Source: Candidatus Saccharimonadia bacterium
Lineage (GTDB): Bacteria; Patescibacteriota; Saccharimonadia; UBA4664; SCTI01
NCBI GenBank assembly: GCA_046597065.1
Contig: JBKJLI010000003.1
Span: 221,151-285,150 of the forward strand
Reading direction: 5' to 3'
DNA length: 64,000 nt
Shown: in pieces, positions 52,308-64,000 of the stretch
Layout: the number at the start of each line of letters is the position of its first letter
Position numbering within the stretch: the stretch's first letter is position 1
Translations under genes and position numbers: made by a program
The notes under the pieces: generated by a model
Told to the model about the DNA's origin: nothing
The model's database searches: none
The model's input: the letters and a program-made list of their open reading frames with translations, nothing else

Positions 52308-52355
52308 TAAAAGCCTTTGTTAACCACAAATCGCTAGTCAAACATCTCGTAAAAA

Positions 52356-55534
<3,179 letters not shown>

Positions 55535-55710
55535 TTTTTACATTTTTTCGTCAGCCCCAATCAGTTGGAGTTGTCGAAAAACGAATGTTTGACTAGCGTT
55601 TTGTGGCTACCAAAAAGCCATTGTACCCTTTTTCAAGTTACAATCCGACTCTCTTTTAATTAAGAGCTTCGGGCGGTGCGTACCGCTAGCTTGCTAGTTT
55701 TGCGCACCGC

Positions 55711-55825
55711 CCGGTGCTTTTAGCGAGGAGGCTACACCGGTTCCCATCCCGAACACCGAAGTTAAGCTCCTCTGCGGCGATGATACTGCTCTGCGGGAAA
55801 GTAGCACGGTGCCGGATTATCAAAA
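55711..55825 (+). rRNA. rrf: 5S ribosomal RNA
   Basis: The CCGGTTCCCATCCCGAACACCGAAGTTAAGC core, and pairing of the 5' and 3' ends. Confidence 0.85.
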
Positions 55826-55834
55826 AGACGTCCT

Positions 55835-55864
55835 CATGTAGGGCGTCTTTTTGTGTTTAAATTA
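55835..55864 (+). terminator. rRNA operon terminator
   Basis: Hairpin GACGTCC-TCATGTA-GGGCGTC followed by TTTTTGTGTTT. Confidence 0.55.
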
Positions 55865-55950
55865 CGGTTTAATGAAAGATTAATTTACTCGAGAGGCATT
55901 TTAGGGTAACCTGGTGTGAAGGTGAGTGTACGTTTCCAATTCCCAGGGAG

Positions 55951-56313
55951 GTGGGCCGAGTGCCCGACGAAACTGACGTAACGGCCGCAACCTCCTTCAG
56001 CATCTGCGATCTGGAGGAAGGTGATGTGATCGAGGTCGAGACTCGAAACTCGATCTACAAGCTCAAGATCAAGTCCTGGCCAGCTCACTTCAACTACCCG
56101 CACCAGCGGCCTACCGAACTGATCGAGTCGGTCCGCGGTCTCAGGGTTGGTGAGAAGATCACCGTCTACGGCTCTACCAACGGAGCCCAAGACCGAGATA
56201 GGGGCGAGCTGATCCGGGGTCGCTTGCTCGAGCTGTTCCTGTCGGATCGTAGTACGGACCACATCACATCGACCATCATGCACGTCACCGTCAACGACGA
56301 GCTGATCTTCTAG
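55951..56313 (+). CDS. hypothetical 120-aa protein, paralog A
   Basis: A GTG start with a GGAGG RBS. GC ~59%. The sequence ends ...VTVNDELIF. Confidence 0.45.
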   Translation: MGRVPDETDVTAATSFSICDLEEGDVIEVETRNSIYKLKIKSWPAHFNYPHQRPTELIESVRGLRVGEKITVYGSTNGAQDRDRGELIRGRLLELFLSDRSTDHITSTIMHVTVNDELIF

Positions 56314-56333
56314 CCACCATCGACCCCTAGGGG

Positions 56334-56693
56334 GTGAGGCAATTGCCCGACAAGACGGGAGTGGTACTGTTCCAGTTCAGCGAACTGAAGGTCGGGGATA
56401 CCGTCAGACTGGTCACTGAGCATTGTGGCTACACCCTGCGAATCGTCGATTCTCAGGTCCTCAGCGGCGTCATCCAGTACGACGTCGAAGAGGATGACCG
56501 CAGGTCATCGATGTTGGTGCAGGGCCAGCAGGTCATTCTGGTTGGCTCCAGGCAACATCGGGAGTTGGGCCACCAGCTTCAGCAACAGTTCACTGAGGGG
56601 TGGAGACTGGTTCTGGTCATCGATCCGGATACTGGTGCTCAGTGGAGTATCCGGGTCCAGCACCTCAGTATCAACGGTGAGCAAATCTTCTAG
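56334..56693 (+). CDS. hypothetical 119-aa protein, paralog B
   Basis: A GTG start with a GGGGG RBS. It ends ...SINGEQIF. It aligns with paralog A: the xPD(E/K)T N-terminus, the S-L--GD-V-L-T---Y-L-I block, and the C-terminus. Confidence 0.45.
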   Translation: MRQLPDKTGVVLFQFSELKVGDTVRLVTEHCGYTLRIVDSQVLSGVIQYDVEEDDRRSSMLVQGQQVILVGSRQHRELGHQLQQQFTEGWRLVLVIDPDTGAQWSIRVQHLSINGEQIF

Positions 56694-56722
56694 GGGGCGC
56701 GTTGCTAGTACAGCGACGCGCC

Positions 56723-57235
56723 TCAGAAAGTCTTTATTAAAAGTTGGTAGGCGGCGATGCCGGTGGCTACGGCCACGTTTAATGATTCCTTTTGCCCGCG
56801 TTGGGGGATATTTAGCACGGCGTCACAAGCTATTAAAGTGTCAGCATTTAGGCCATTAACCTCGCTACCAACCACTAAAGCGGCCGGTAGGCTGGGCCGA
56901 AAAGTCAGTACACTAAGAGCCTTGGGCGTAATTTCGAGTCCATAAACTGCGCGACCTTCTGCCCGGCATGCGGCAATGGCGACGGCCGAGTTAGCGTAGT
57001 GTTCGGTCTGAACCGTAAGTTCTGCGCCCAGCGCGGTCTTGGCAATCGAGCGATGATTACTACCGCTCACCAACGGATCACGGGAGTCGTTATTGGCCCG
57101 TGGGTATGGTGTGATGCCGCAGCATAGCACCCGCCCAATACCGGCCGCATCGGCAGTGCGCAGTATCGAACCAACGTTGCTGGCACTGCGCAAATTATCC
57201 AAAATGAGAACTAGCTGAGTCATATCTGTGCTCAA
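56723..57235 (-). CDS. SpoU-family (SPOUT) RNA 2'-O-methyltransferase
   Basis: Carries LILDNLRSASNVGSILRTADAAG, the SpoU motif 1. The C-terminus has a knot-region NIP...AVATGIAAY. Confidence 0.75.
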   Translation of the reverse strand: MSTDMTQLVLILDNLRSASNVGSILRTADAAGIGRVLCCGITPYPRANNDSRDPLVSGSNHRSIAKTALGAELTVQTEHYANSAVAIAACRAEGRAVYGLEITPKALSVLTFRPSLPAALVVGSEVNGLNADTLIACDAVLNIPQRGQKESLNVAVATGIAAYQLLIKTF

Positions 57236-57292
57236 TTATAGAGCAATGAAATGCTCATTAAAAACCGGATACAAAATATGTGCAAAACCTTG

Positions 57293-57321
57293 TTGACAGC
57301 ATAAGCATATTGTGCTAGTAT
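57293..57321 (+). promoter_or_regulatory. sigma70 promoter: TTGACA, 17-nt spacer, TGcTAGTAT
   Basis: Read directly from the sequence. A palindrome GTGTCA-AAGGG-TGACAC lies in the 5' UTR at 57410-57426. Confidence 0.45.
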
Positions 57322-57454
57322 ATTAATTATCGAAATCGCTTACGGTAAATGTCCCAAAACATTGTAAGTGGTCCTCAAGGGCCTTTGGCGATATAGCTAA
57401 AGCGGTTCGGTGTCAAAGGGTGACACAATATAAAGCATTAACGGAGAATTAATT

Positions 57455-57661
57455 ATGCCAGGAACTCGCTTAGGTGGTATGAAAGCCGCCTCAACCAACA
57501 AACAGCGTTACGGCATTGGTTTTTACGTTTCGATCGGTAAGATGGGTGGCAAAGTCAGCCGCGGTGGTGGCTTCGCTAAGAACCCAGAACTTGCTCGTAT
57601 CGCGGGTAAAAAGGGCGGGCAGGCTTCACGCCGCCGCAAAGCCAGTGACAGCGTTAGCTAA
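57455..57661 (+). CDS. KGG-repeat general stress protein (YciG / Con-6 family)
   Basis: Repeated KGG/GGK modules (GKMGGKVSRGGGFAKNPELARIAGKKGGQ). Confidence 0.65.
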   Translation: MPGTRLGGMKAASTNKQRYGIGFYVSIGKMGGKVSRGGGFAKNPELARIAGKKGGQASRRRKASDSVS

Positions 57662-57727
57662 GCTTTGCTTAGCAATCTAAAAAACCACCTGAAAGGGCGG
57701 TTTTTTAGTGTGAAATAATCATTGCTA

Positions 57728-58276
57728 CTAATTGGAAGCGGGCGTTGTATTTGGAGCCTTTTCAAGATCGTCTGCCCGCTCGGCAAACTGGGCCATTACA
57801 AACACCGGATGCTCGTAGCGGTGGGTGATACGTCGTGTAACTCGACGGTCTTTGCGCCAGTTAACCTGCCAAACCGCGCCACAGCCAAAGCAAGAGTATT
57901 CGTCGCGGGCGCGCTGCAAGCTAAAGTTGGTGCAATCTGGGCAGGTTGCTCGCTTGGTCATCCAGTGATCGTAACTATCGATGCATTCGGCAATATAGTT
58001 TTCATCAACCGCAATGCCGTAGCTAGCCGCTAGTTTGCGGGTCATTTCCCAGGCGTCCATCTCCATTTTGACTAGCTCGGCATCAAACTGATAAATCCGG
58101 TGCTCGAGTAATGCGTGGCCGATTTCATGAACCAAAGCCAGGCGACCGTCATTACTACCATTACGGTCGACGTCGTAGGTTATTGAGGTTGTGTTGGGCG
58201 ACCACATAAAAAATCTTCCTGCGATAAACTCAAATTGCGGAAAATCTTTGATGATGTCTTCCAAGCAGCCCTCCAC
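57728..58276 (-). CDS. ImmA/IrrE-family HExxH metallopeptidase with a C-terminal zinc ribbon
   Basis: HEIGHALLEH motif. The C-terminus carries CPDC...CFGC. The start codon is uncertain. Confidence 0.55.
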   Translation of the reverse strand: MEGCLEDIIKDFPQFEFIAGRFFMWSPNTTSITYDVDRNGSNDGRLALVHEIGHALLEHRIYQFDAELVKMEMDAWEMTRKLAASYGIAVDENYIAECIDSYDHWMTKRATCPDCTNFSLQRARDEYSCFGCGAVWQVNWRKDRRVTRRITHRYEHPVFVMAQFAERADDLEKAPNTTPASN

Positions 58277-58346
58277 CCTTATTGAATCAAACTATACGCC
58301 CGCAATTACGCCGCCACAAGCATAAGTACTATACCAAGAGGGGCAT

Positions 58347-59168
58347 TTAATGTTTAAGGCGGCTGGCCAATATCAGGGTGCCGTATGCAACGGCGGTTTC
58401 CATGTTTTTGGCGGGCACAATCGGCGGTGTGGGGTAGTAGGGTTTCAGCTCACTGATATGCTTGTTTAGCGCAGTATGGAAGCGTTTATAGTGAACTCCA
58501 ACGCCGCCACCAATCACCACAATCTCGGGTGAAAACACGCTGATTAAGTCGTATAGACCGACTGCCAAATCCTTGGCGTACTTATCCCAAGTTGCGGCAT
58601 CTTTTATTTGATAGCCAAACCTATGAAAACGGCGTTTTAAGGCGCGGCCACTAGCTGCGTGTTCGAACTCTTCGTTGCGGCCCTCTGCCGAAATGTAGAT
58701 ATGGCCGCCCTCTGGATCGTGAGCTCCATGATAGATTTGGCCGTCGATTACCATGCCGGTGCCAACCCCAGTGGAAACCGTAACGTACAGAACATAGCGT
58801 TTGCCCTTGGCCGAGCCGACCACCGCTTCGGAAAGCGCCGCAGCATCGGCATCCTTTTCTAGCCCGACCGGAACTCTAAAATGATTTTTTAATTTCAGCA
58901 CAATATTCACCGGCATCCAAGTCATATTGGGGGTTTTTAAAATACGCCCACCCTCACGATCGATCGGTCCTGGCGAGGCTACGAAAATCGCCTTTATCTT
59001 ATCTTCACCTGCAAGCTGCTCTATTAAGTGAATGATTTCGATGATTGCTTGATTGGAGGTTTCGGGAGTTTTAATTTTAAGACTACGCAAAATTTGGTAG
59101 CGATCGTTGCCGGCCACCACTAGAATTTTCGATCCACCAATATCGACACCAATATACATTGAGTTCAT
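58347..59168 (-). CDS. ROK-family sugar kinase (glucokinase-like)
   Basis: N-terminal GVDIGGS ATP-binding motif and the ROK signature region (ASPGPID...). Confidence 0.75.
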   Translation of the reverse strand: MNSMYIGVDIGGSKILVVAGNDRYQILRSLKIKTPETSNQAIIEIIHLIEQLAGEDKIKAIFVASPGPIDREGGRILKTPNMTWMPVNIVLKLKNHFRVPVGLEKDADAAALSEAVVGSAKGKRYVLYVTVSTGVGTGMVIDGQIYHGAHDPEGGHIYISAEGRNEEFEHAASGRALKRRFHRFGYQIKDAATWDKYAKDLAVGLYDLISVFSPEIVVIGGGVGVHYKRFHTALNKHISELKPYYPTPPIVPAKNMETAVAYGTLILASRLKH

Positions 59169-59482
59169 TATATCGTGATCTAGCTTAAGCTTAAAACTAA
59201 ATAATTGTTAAGGTTTAACGCGTTGACAATTAGTACTGGTTATGTTACTATCTCGAATCATCCCTCTAGTAGGTTCGGATGGGGTCCCAGTGTTAGTGAT
59301 ATATGAGTGCTCACCTCCTTGTATTTCACGACACATCTGGGGCCCCATCTGAATTTGTTAGGGGTTTTTAGTGCATAAACACCGCTAACACTTAAACAGA
59401 GGTTTTGGGCTTGCCACAGCCAGCAAACTACGGCATACTGTCGCCAACGAGGTGCATACAAGTAATTATAAGTGGGGTAGGT

Positions 59483-59971
59483 ATGCGTAGAGATTTAGTT
59501 ACAACTATTGGTGGTTTTATCCTGATCGGTTTGATCGTGGTAGCCACCTTTTTATATGGTAATCAGCAGCGCCAGGATCAGTTGCGGCAAGATCAAGAAG
59601 CCAAGCGCAAAACCGAGCAAACTCAACCCGGCAGTCAGTCTGCCAATTCCTCACCAACTTCCACCAGTCCACAAGCCTCAACCAGCGATAGCGTTGGTCA
59701 ATCTAGTGCCAAGGGAACTCAACCCGTGAAACCTCCGGCCGCGGCACCATCGTTGCAGGATAGTCAAACAGCTACGGCCAAACCCGGTGCAACCAATGCA
59801 AACATCAGTCCCAAAACTACTCCCGTTACCGGACCAGCTGCACTTCCTGCCGAGACTCCCAAAACTGGAGGTGAAATTGGCTATCTATTCGCAGTCTTAC
59901 TAATGGGCTGGTTGGTGCGCGAGCAGATCCGTTCGCGTTCGCAGCTGCTTAACGCACGCCGCGCAGTTTAG
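59483..59971 (+). CDS. S/T/P/Q-rich membrane or surface protein with a C-terminal sorting-signal-like segment
   Basis: An N-terminal signal anchor and a low-complexity linker. The C-terminus reads LPAETPKTGGE, then a hydrophobic stretch, then REQIRSRS. Confidence 0.45.
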   Translation: MRRDLVTTIGGFILIGLIVVATFLYGNQQRQDQLRQDQEAKRKTEQTQPGSQSANSSPTSTSPQASTSDSVGQSSAKGTQPVKPPAAAPSLQDSQTATAKPGATNANISPKTTPVTGPAALPAETPKTGGEIGYLFAVLLMGWLVREQIRSRSQLLNARRAV

Positions 59972-60122
59972 CTGGGCTCGGCCCATCTGCCAAAACCTTT
60001 ACGCCAGATTAGAAATCAGATACAATTGTAGTTAATCACTCACTAGAACCCGGCTTAGACCGGCAAGGCGAGTGAAATCTTTTTTGAGGAGGCTTAAGTT
60101 GCCAACTAAAACTAAATTAACT

Positions 60123-61337
60123 ATGGAAGAGTTACTGGCCGACAACCAAGTATCCGGCATGAATGCCGGCGATGTGGTAGAAGGTACGGTAATTGCTGCC
60201 GACAAGCATGAAATTTGGCTAGACCTGGGTGCCAGAGGTACTGGTTTGGTTATTGGTCGCGAGATTGAACACGCCCAGGATATTAATCCGGGAGACACTA
60301 TTAGCGCCGGAGTGCTAGAAGCCGAAAGCGATGACGGCCACGCCATTTTGAGCTTAAAGAAAGTGGCTAAAGAAAAGGGCTGGGAGGCCCTGCAAGAGCG
60401 CCACACTAGTGGGGAGGTCTTTAGTTTGACCGCCTATGATGCCAACAAGGGTGGTCTGCTGATAGAAGTAGATGGCATCCGTGGATTCTTACCGGTATCG
60501 CAACTTAGCGCCGAAAACTATCCCCGCGTATCGGGTGCCGATAAGGATGAGATATTGCATCGTCTGACCTCGCTGATTGGCAAGCCGCTAAATGTTCGCG
60601 TTCTCGACATCGACCGACGCGATAACAAGCTGATCGTATCCGAAAAGGCCGCCCGCCGCGAAGACACCGAAAGCAAGGTGGCTCAACTTAAAGTTGGCCA
60701 GACAGTTAAGGGTGTAGCTACCGGTGTTGTCGACTTCGGTATCTTTGTAAACGTCGATGGTATCGAAGGCTTGGTCCACATTTCGGAAATCGCCTGGGAT
60801 CGCGTAGACAGCCCCAGTAAGTATGTAAAGGTTGGCCAAGAGGTGGAAGCTAAGATTATCGCCATTGACCGCGACAAGCTTAGTTTAAGCATCAAGCAGC
60901 TGTTATCGGACCCCTGGCAGGGCGAGGTCAAGGGTCTTAAAGTCGGCTCCGAAGTCGAAGGAACAATAACTCGTATTACACCATTTGGTGCCTTTGTACA
61001 GGTTACTCCGGTAGTAGAGGCGCTAGTGCACATTTCTGAGCTCAGTAACGATCACGTTGATGACCCTACCAAGCTGGTTAAGTTAGGTGAAAAGAAGAAG
61101 TTTCGCATCATCGCTATTGATGCCGATGCTCACAAACTCAGCCTGAGCCTAAAGCCTGAAGGCAAGGGCGACCAGCCAGCCAAGGCTGCCAAAGCCGAAA
61201 AGTCAGAGGCCGTCAAAGAAACCGAAAAGCCCGCTAAAGCCGATAAGCCGGCAGCTAAAGCCAAGCCGGCCAAAGCCGCCAAGGCTGATGCAGCTGCAGA
61301 ACTCGATGAAGCAACAGCTGAGCCTTCGGAATCCTAA
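60123..61337 (+). CDS. rpsA: 30S ribosomal protein S1
   Basis: Four S1 (OB-fold) repeats and a Lys/Ala-rich C-terminal tail. Confidence 0.8.
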   Translation: MEELLADNQVSGMNAGDVVEGTVIAADKHEIWLDLGARGTGLVIGREIEHAQDINPGDTISAGVLEAESDDGHAILSLKKVAKEKGWEALQERHTSGEVFSLTAYDANKGGLLIEVDGIRGFLPVSQLSAENYPRVSGADKDEILHRLTSLIGKPLNVRVLDIDRRDNKLIVSEKAARREDTESKVAQLKVGQTVKGVATGVVDFGIFVNVDGIEGLVHISEIAWDRVDSPSKYVKVGQEVEAKIIAIDRDKLSLSIKQLLSDPWQGEVKGLKVGSEVEGTITRITPFGAFVQVTPVVEALVHISELSNDHVDDPTKLVKLGEKKKFRIIAIDADAHKLSLSLKPEGKGDQPAKAAKAEKSEAVKETEKPAKADKPAAKAKPAKAAKADAAAELDEATAEPSES

Positions 61338-61368
61338 GACGCCACATTAAAACTTAACCGAGGTATTC

Positions 61369-63144
61369 ATGGCTGAAGAAACAGCTACTGCTCCCGCCAA
61401 GATTGAAGTTGCTCCAGTTGTTGGAGTGGGGGAGCTTGCCGGCAAATTAGAGCTTCCGGTTACCAAAGTTATTGGCGAGTTAATGAAAAATGGTGTCATG
61501 GCAACCATAAATGAGCAGATCGATTTCGATACTGCCGCTATTATTGCAACTGATTTAGGGTTTGAGTTGATCCCCGAGGTCGCACCAGTCACAACCGGGC
61601 CTATTAAAGCTGCGCCACTGGCTAAGGGCGAGGGCGAGGCCAGGCCTCCAATCGTCGCCGTCATGGGACATGTTGATCATGGCAAAACCTCACTACTAGA
61701 TGCTATCCGAAAAACTAATGTGGTCGCCGGCGAGTCCGGTGGTATCACCCAACATATTGGCGCCTACCAACTTAAGCATGGTGAACGCTGGATCACATTC
61801 TTAGACACACCAGGCCACGAGGCCTTTTCGACCATTCGAGCTCATGGTGCTCGCTTAACCGATGTTGCCATTATCGTGGTGGCGGCCGATGACGGTGTAA
61901 AGCCTCAAACCAAAGAAGCCATCCGCCATGCTCGCGAAGCTGGAGTGCAGATGGTGATCGCAATCAACAAAGTCGATAAGGAGGGCGCCGATTCTAACCG
62001 AGTGCGCCAAGAACTCAGCGAATTAGAGCTGGTGCCAGAAGAGTGGGGCGGTAAAACCGTCATGGTCGATGTATCGGCAAAGTCTGGTCAGAATATCGAA
62101 AAACTGCTCGACATGGTACTGCTGGTTGCCGACATCGAAGAGTTACGCGCCCGCCCGGCCGGACCGGCTGAGGGCGTGGTGGTGGAATCTCACATGGAGA
62201 CCGGTAAGGGCCCGGTTGGTACCGTTTTGGTGCAGCACGGCGTTTTGCGTAGTGGCGACTACATTGTGGCCGGCAGTACTTACGCCAAAGTGCGCAGCTT
62301 AGATGACTTTCGCGGTAAGCGGCTTAAAGAAGCTCACCCTGGTATGCCGGCAGTTGCTAGTGGCTTTAAAAATGTGCCAGATTTTGGCGATGTATTTTAC
62401 GCCGTGGCCGATGAAAAAACTGCCCGCGAACGCTCGGTTGGTGCCCAACGCCAAACTTCGATTAAAAGCATGGTAAAAGTTAAAAAAATCGATGCTAGTG
62501 ATCTTGCCGATGCTATTACCGCCGGTAAAGTCAGTGAACTTAATCTGGTGGTTAAGGCCGATGTACAGGGTTCGTTAGAATCGCTGCAATCAAGCCTTGA
62601 TGATTTACGTAACGAAGAGGTAGCGGTAAGGGTAGTCTCTAGCGGAATCGGTGACATTAGTGAAACCGACGTTAACTTTGCTAAAACTGCTGGCGCGTTG
62701 CTTATCGGTTTCAACGTTTCATTAAGTTCAGCGGTAAAACAGCTATCAAATCGTGAACGCGTGCAAATACGTCTTTATAAAGTAATTTACGAGTTGCTTG
62801 ACGACATGCGTCAGGCTCTAAGCCAAATGTTGGCTCCCGAAATTATAGAGGTACCGGTTGGTGAGTTAAAAATCTTGGGCGTTTTTAAAACCACCAAAAC
62901 CAAGGTAATCTGCGGCGGTGAGGTACTCGATGGTAAGGTTGAGCCCGGTGTTGAAATGCGAGTACTGCGCGACAAAGTTGGTATCGGCGGCGGTAAGGTT
63001 GAGCGAGTCCAAAAAGATCAAAACCAGGTTAAAGAAGCCGTCGCCGGTGAGCAGTGTGGCCTAGAAGTGACTTTTAATAGCGCTATAGAAATTGGTGATC
63101 GATTAGAGTTTTTCCGCACCGAAAGTCGCGAACGGACGCTGTAA
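61369..63144 (+). CDS. infB: translation initiation factor IF-2 (short form)
   Basis: G-domain motifs GHVDHGKTS, DTPGH and NKVD, with C-terminal beta-barrel domains. Confidence 0.9.
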   Translation: MAEETATAPAKIEVAPVVGVGELAGKLELPVTKVIGELMKNGVMATINEQIDFDTAAIIATDLGFELIPEVAPVTTGPIKAAPLAKGEGEARPPIVAVMGHVDHGKTSLLDAIRKTNVVAGESGGITQHIGAYQLKHGERWITFLDTPGHEAFSTIRAHGARLTDVAIIVVAADDGVKPQTKEAIRHAREAGVQMVIAINKVDKEGADSNRVRQELSELELVPEEWGGKTVMVDVSAKSGQNIEKLLDMVLLVADIEELRARPAGPAEGVVVESHMETGKGPVGTVLVQHGVLRSGDYIVAGSTYAKVRSLDDFRGKRLKEAHPGMPAVASGFKNVPDFGDVFYAVADEKTARERSVGAQRQTSIKSMVKVKKIDASDLADAITAGKVSELNLVVKADVQGSLESLQSSLDDLRNEEVAVRVVSSGIGDISETDVNFAKTAGALLIGFNVSLSSAVKQLSNRERVQIRLYKVIYELLDDMRQALSQMLAPEIIEVPVGELKILGVFKTTKTKVICGGEVLDGKVEPGVEMRVLRDKVGIGGGKVERVQKDQNQVKEAVAGEQCGLEVTFNSAIEIGDRLEFFRTESRERTL

Positions 63145-63166
63145 TTAACCCAACGGTTTAAGCATT

Positions 63167-63496
63167 ATGTCGACACAACGCACCAAAAAAGTCGCCAGCC
63201 TGATTCATCAAACCATTGCCATTGAGTTAGCCAGCTTAATGAACACCCCTAAAGTTACTATTAATGCCGTTGACGTATCGCCCGACCTTCGCAATGCCAC
63301 CGCTTGGCTCGGTATAATTTCTAAAGACGCTGCCGAAAAGGCTAAGTTACTGGCCACTGCTCAATATCATCGCGACGCGATGCAGCGTGCGATCGCCTCG
63401 CGCTTGGCCACCAAGTTTATCCCACGCTTGCAACTAAAACTAGACGCCGGCGCCGACCATGCCGACCGCATCAACCATATCCTTCACAATAGCTAG
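63167..63496 (+). CDS. rbfA: ribosome-binding factor A
   Basis: A 109-aa KH-like protein (RTKKVASLIHQTIAIEL...) in the conserved infB-rbfA arrangement. Confidence 0.8.
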   Translation: MSTQRTKKVASLIHQTIAIELASLMNTPKVTINAVDVSPDLRNATAWLGIISKDAAEKAKLLATAQYHRDAMQRAIASRLATKFIPRLQLKLDAGADHADRINHILHNS

Positions 63497-63638
63497 AAAA
63501 CCATTGACGAAAGCCTAGTATTATGATATAAATATTAATTCTCATGTTTTTCGTGAGATTTGTTTTTTCACATCATCATATACGTTCAGGGGTGTTAGAA
63601 ATCTTTCCCCCTAACCACTACTACCGAAAGGCAACGTC

Positions 63639-64000
63639 ATGAGTGACGACGCAACCGATGAGGCGGCAAAGGCCGCAGCTGGCGCACCCGAGCGCGCTCC
63701 CGGCGATGCCCCCGAGGCACCGCCGGAAGTCGTTCTCCCCGAGCAGAAGGCTGAGGTAATCGATCCCGATGACGCTGCTGAGCTCGAGAGGAAGATGTCC
63801 GCGAAGCTGCTGAAGGCTGAGGCGAAGCGCGTCCAGAAGGCCAGGCAGGCCAAGTTCGACAAGATGTGTCGTGCTGCCTACCTGGCAGCGGTCGGCAAGG
63901 CCTTCCCGGCGAAGCTCAAGGACGCAGGTCTGCTGGAGCTTCGTGAGTTCAACCGCATCGCGGCGGAACTTCGCGCGGCCGAGAAGGCTGCTCCCGATCG
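63639..64000 (+). CDS. partial, very GC-rich (~66%) hypothetical protein; the 3' end lies outside the window
   Basis: An ATG with a GAAAGG RBS, open to the window end. The protein is Ala/Glu/Lys-rich. There is an abrupt GC jump at ~63630. Confidence 0.4.
   Translation, partial: MSDDATDEAAKAAAGAPERAPGDAPEAPPEVVLPEQKAEVIDPDDAAELERKMSAKLLKAEAKRVQKARQAKFDKMCRAAYLAAVGKAFPAKLKDAGLLELREFNRIAAELRAAEKAAPD

Overview
This is a 64-kb chromosomal segment of about 49-50% GC. Gene content (PilB-type ATPase, an LPXTG sorting-signal surface protein, an LCP enzyme, a disrupted rRNA locus) suggests a small-genome Gram-positive-type or CPR (Saccharibacteria-like) bacterium; that identification is inference only. 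About 50 protein genes are mostly housekeeping: galE plus two GT4 glycosyltransferases, an MFS transporter, S8 protease, pilB/gspE, LCP, a membrane-anchored Clp-like ATPase, smpB, argS, a UvrD-RecB-type helicase-nuclease, rmuC, trpS, pheST, an L,D-transpeptidase, gyrBA, rpsA, infB and rbfA. RNA genes are tmRNA (ssrA), tRNA-Pro(CGG), and 16S, 23S and 5S rRNA. The 16S-23S spacer has been rebuilt: it is 3.1 kb and carries tRNA-Ile/tRNA-Ala on the opposite strand, a mazEF toxin-antitoxin pair, several small ORFs and an acidic mini-protein. 16S and 23S each have their own promoter-like sequences. Short GC-rich patches (57-66% GC) lie next to RNA genes (after ssrA, in the rRNA spacer, after 5S) and at the window's 3' end; I read them as horizontally acquired. 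Two GC-rich non-coding loci bounded by a promoter and a terminator (487-1116 and 26912-27328) are candidate structured RNAs that I could not classify by eye. No CRISPR array, transposase or integrase was found.
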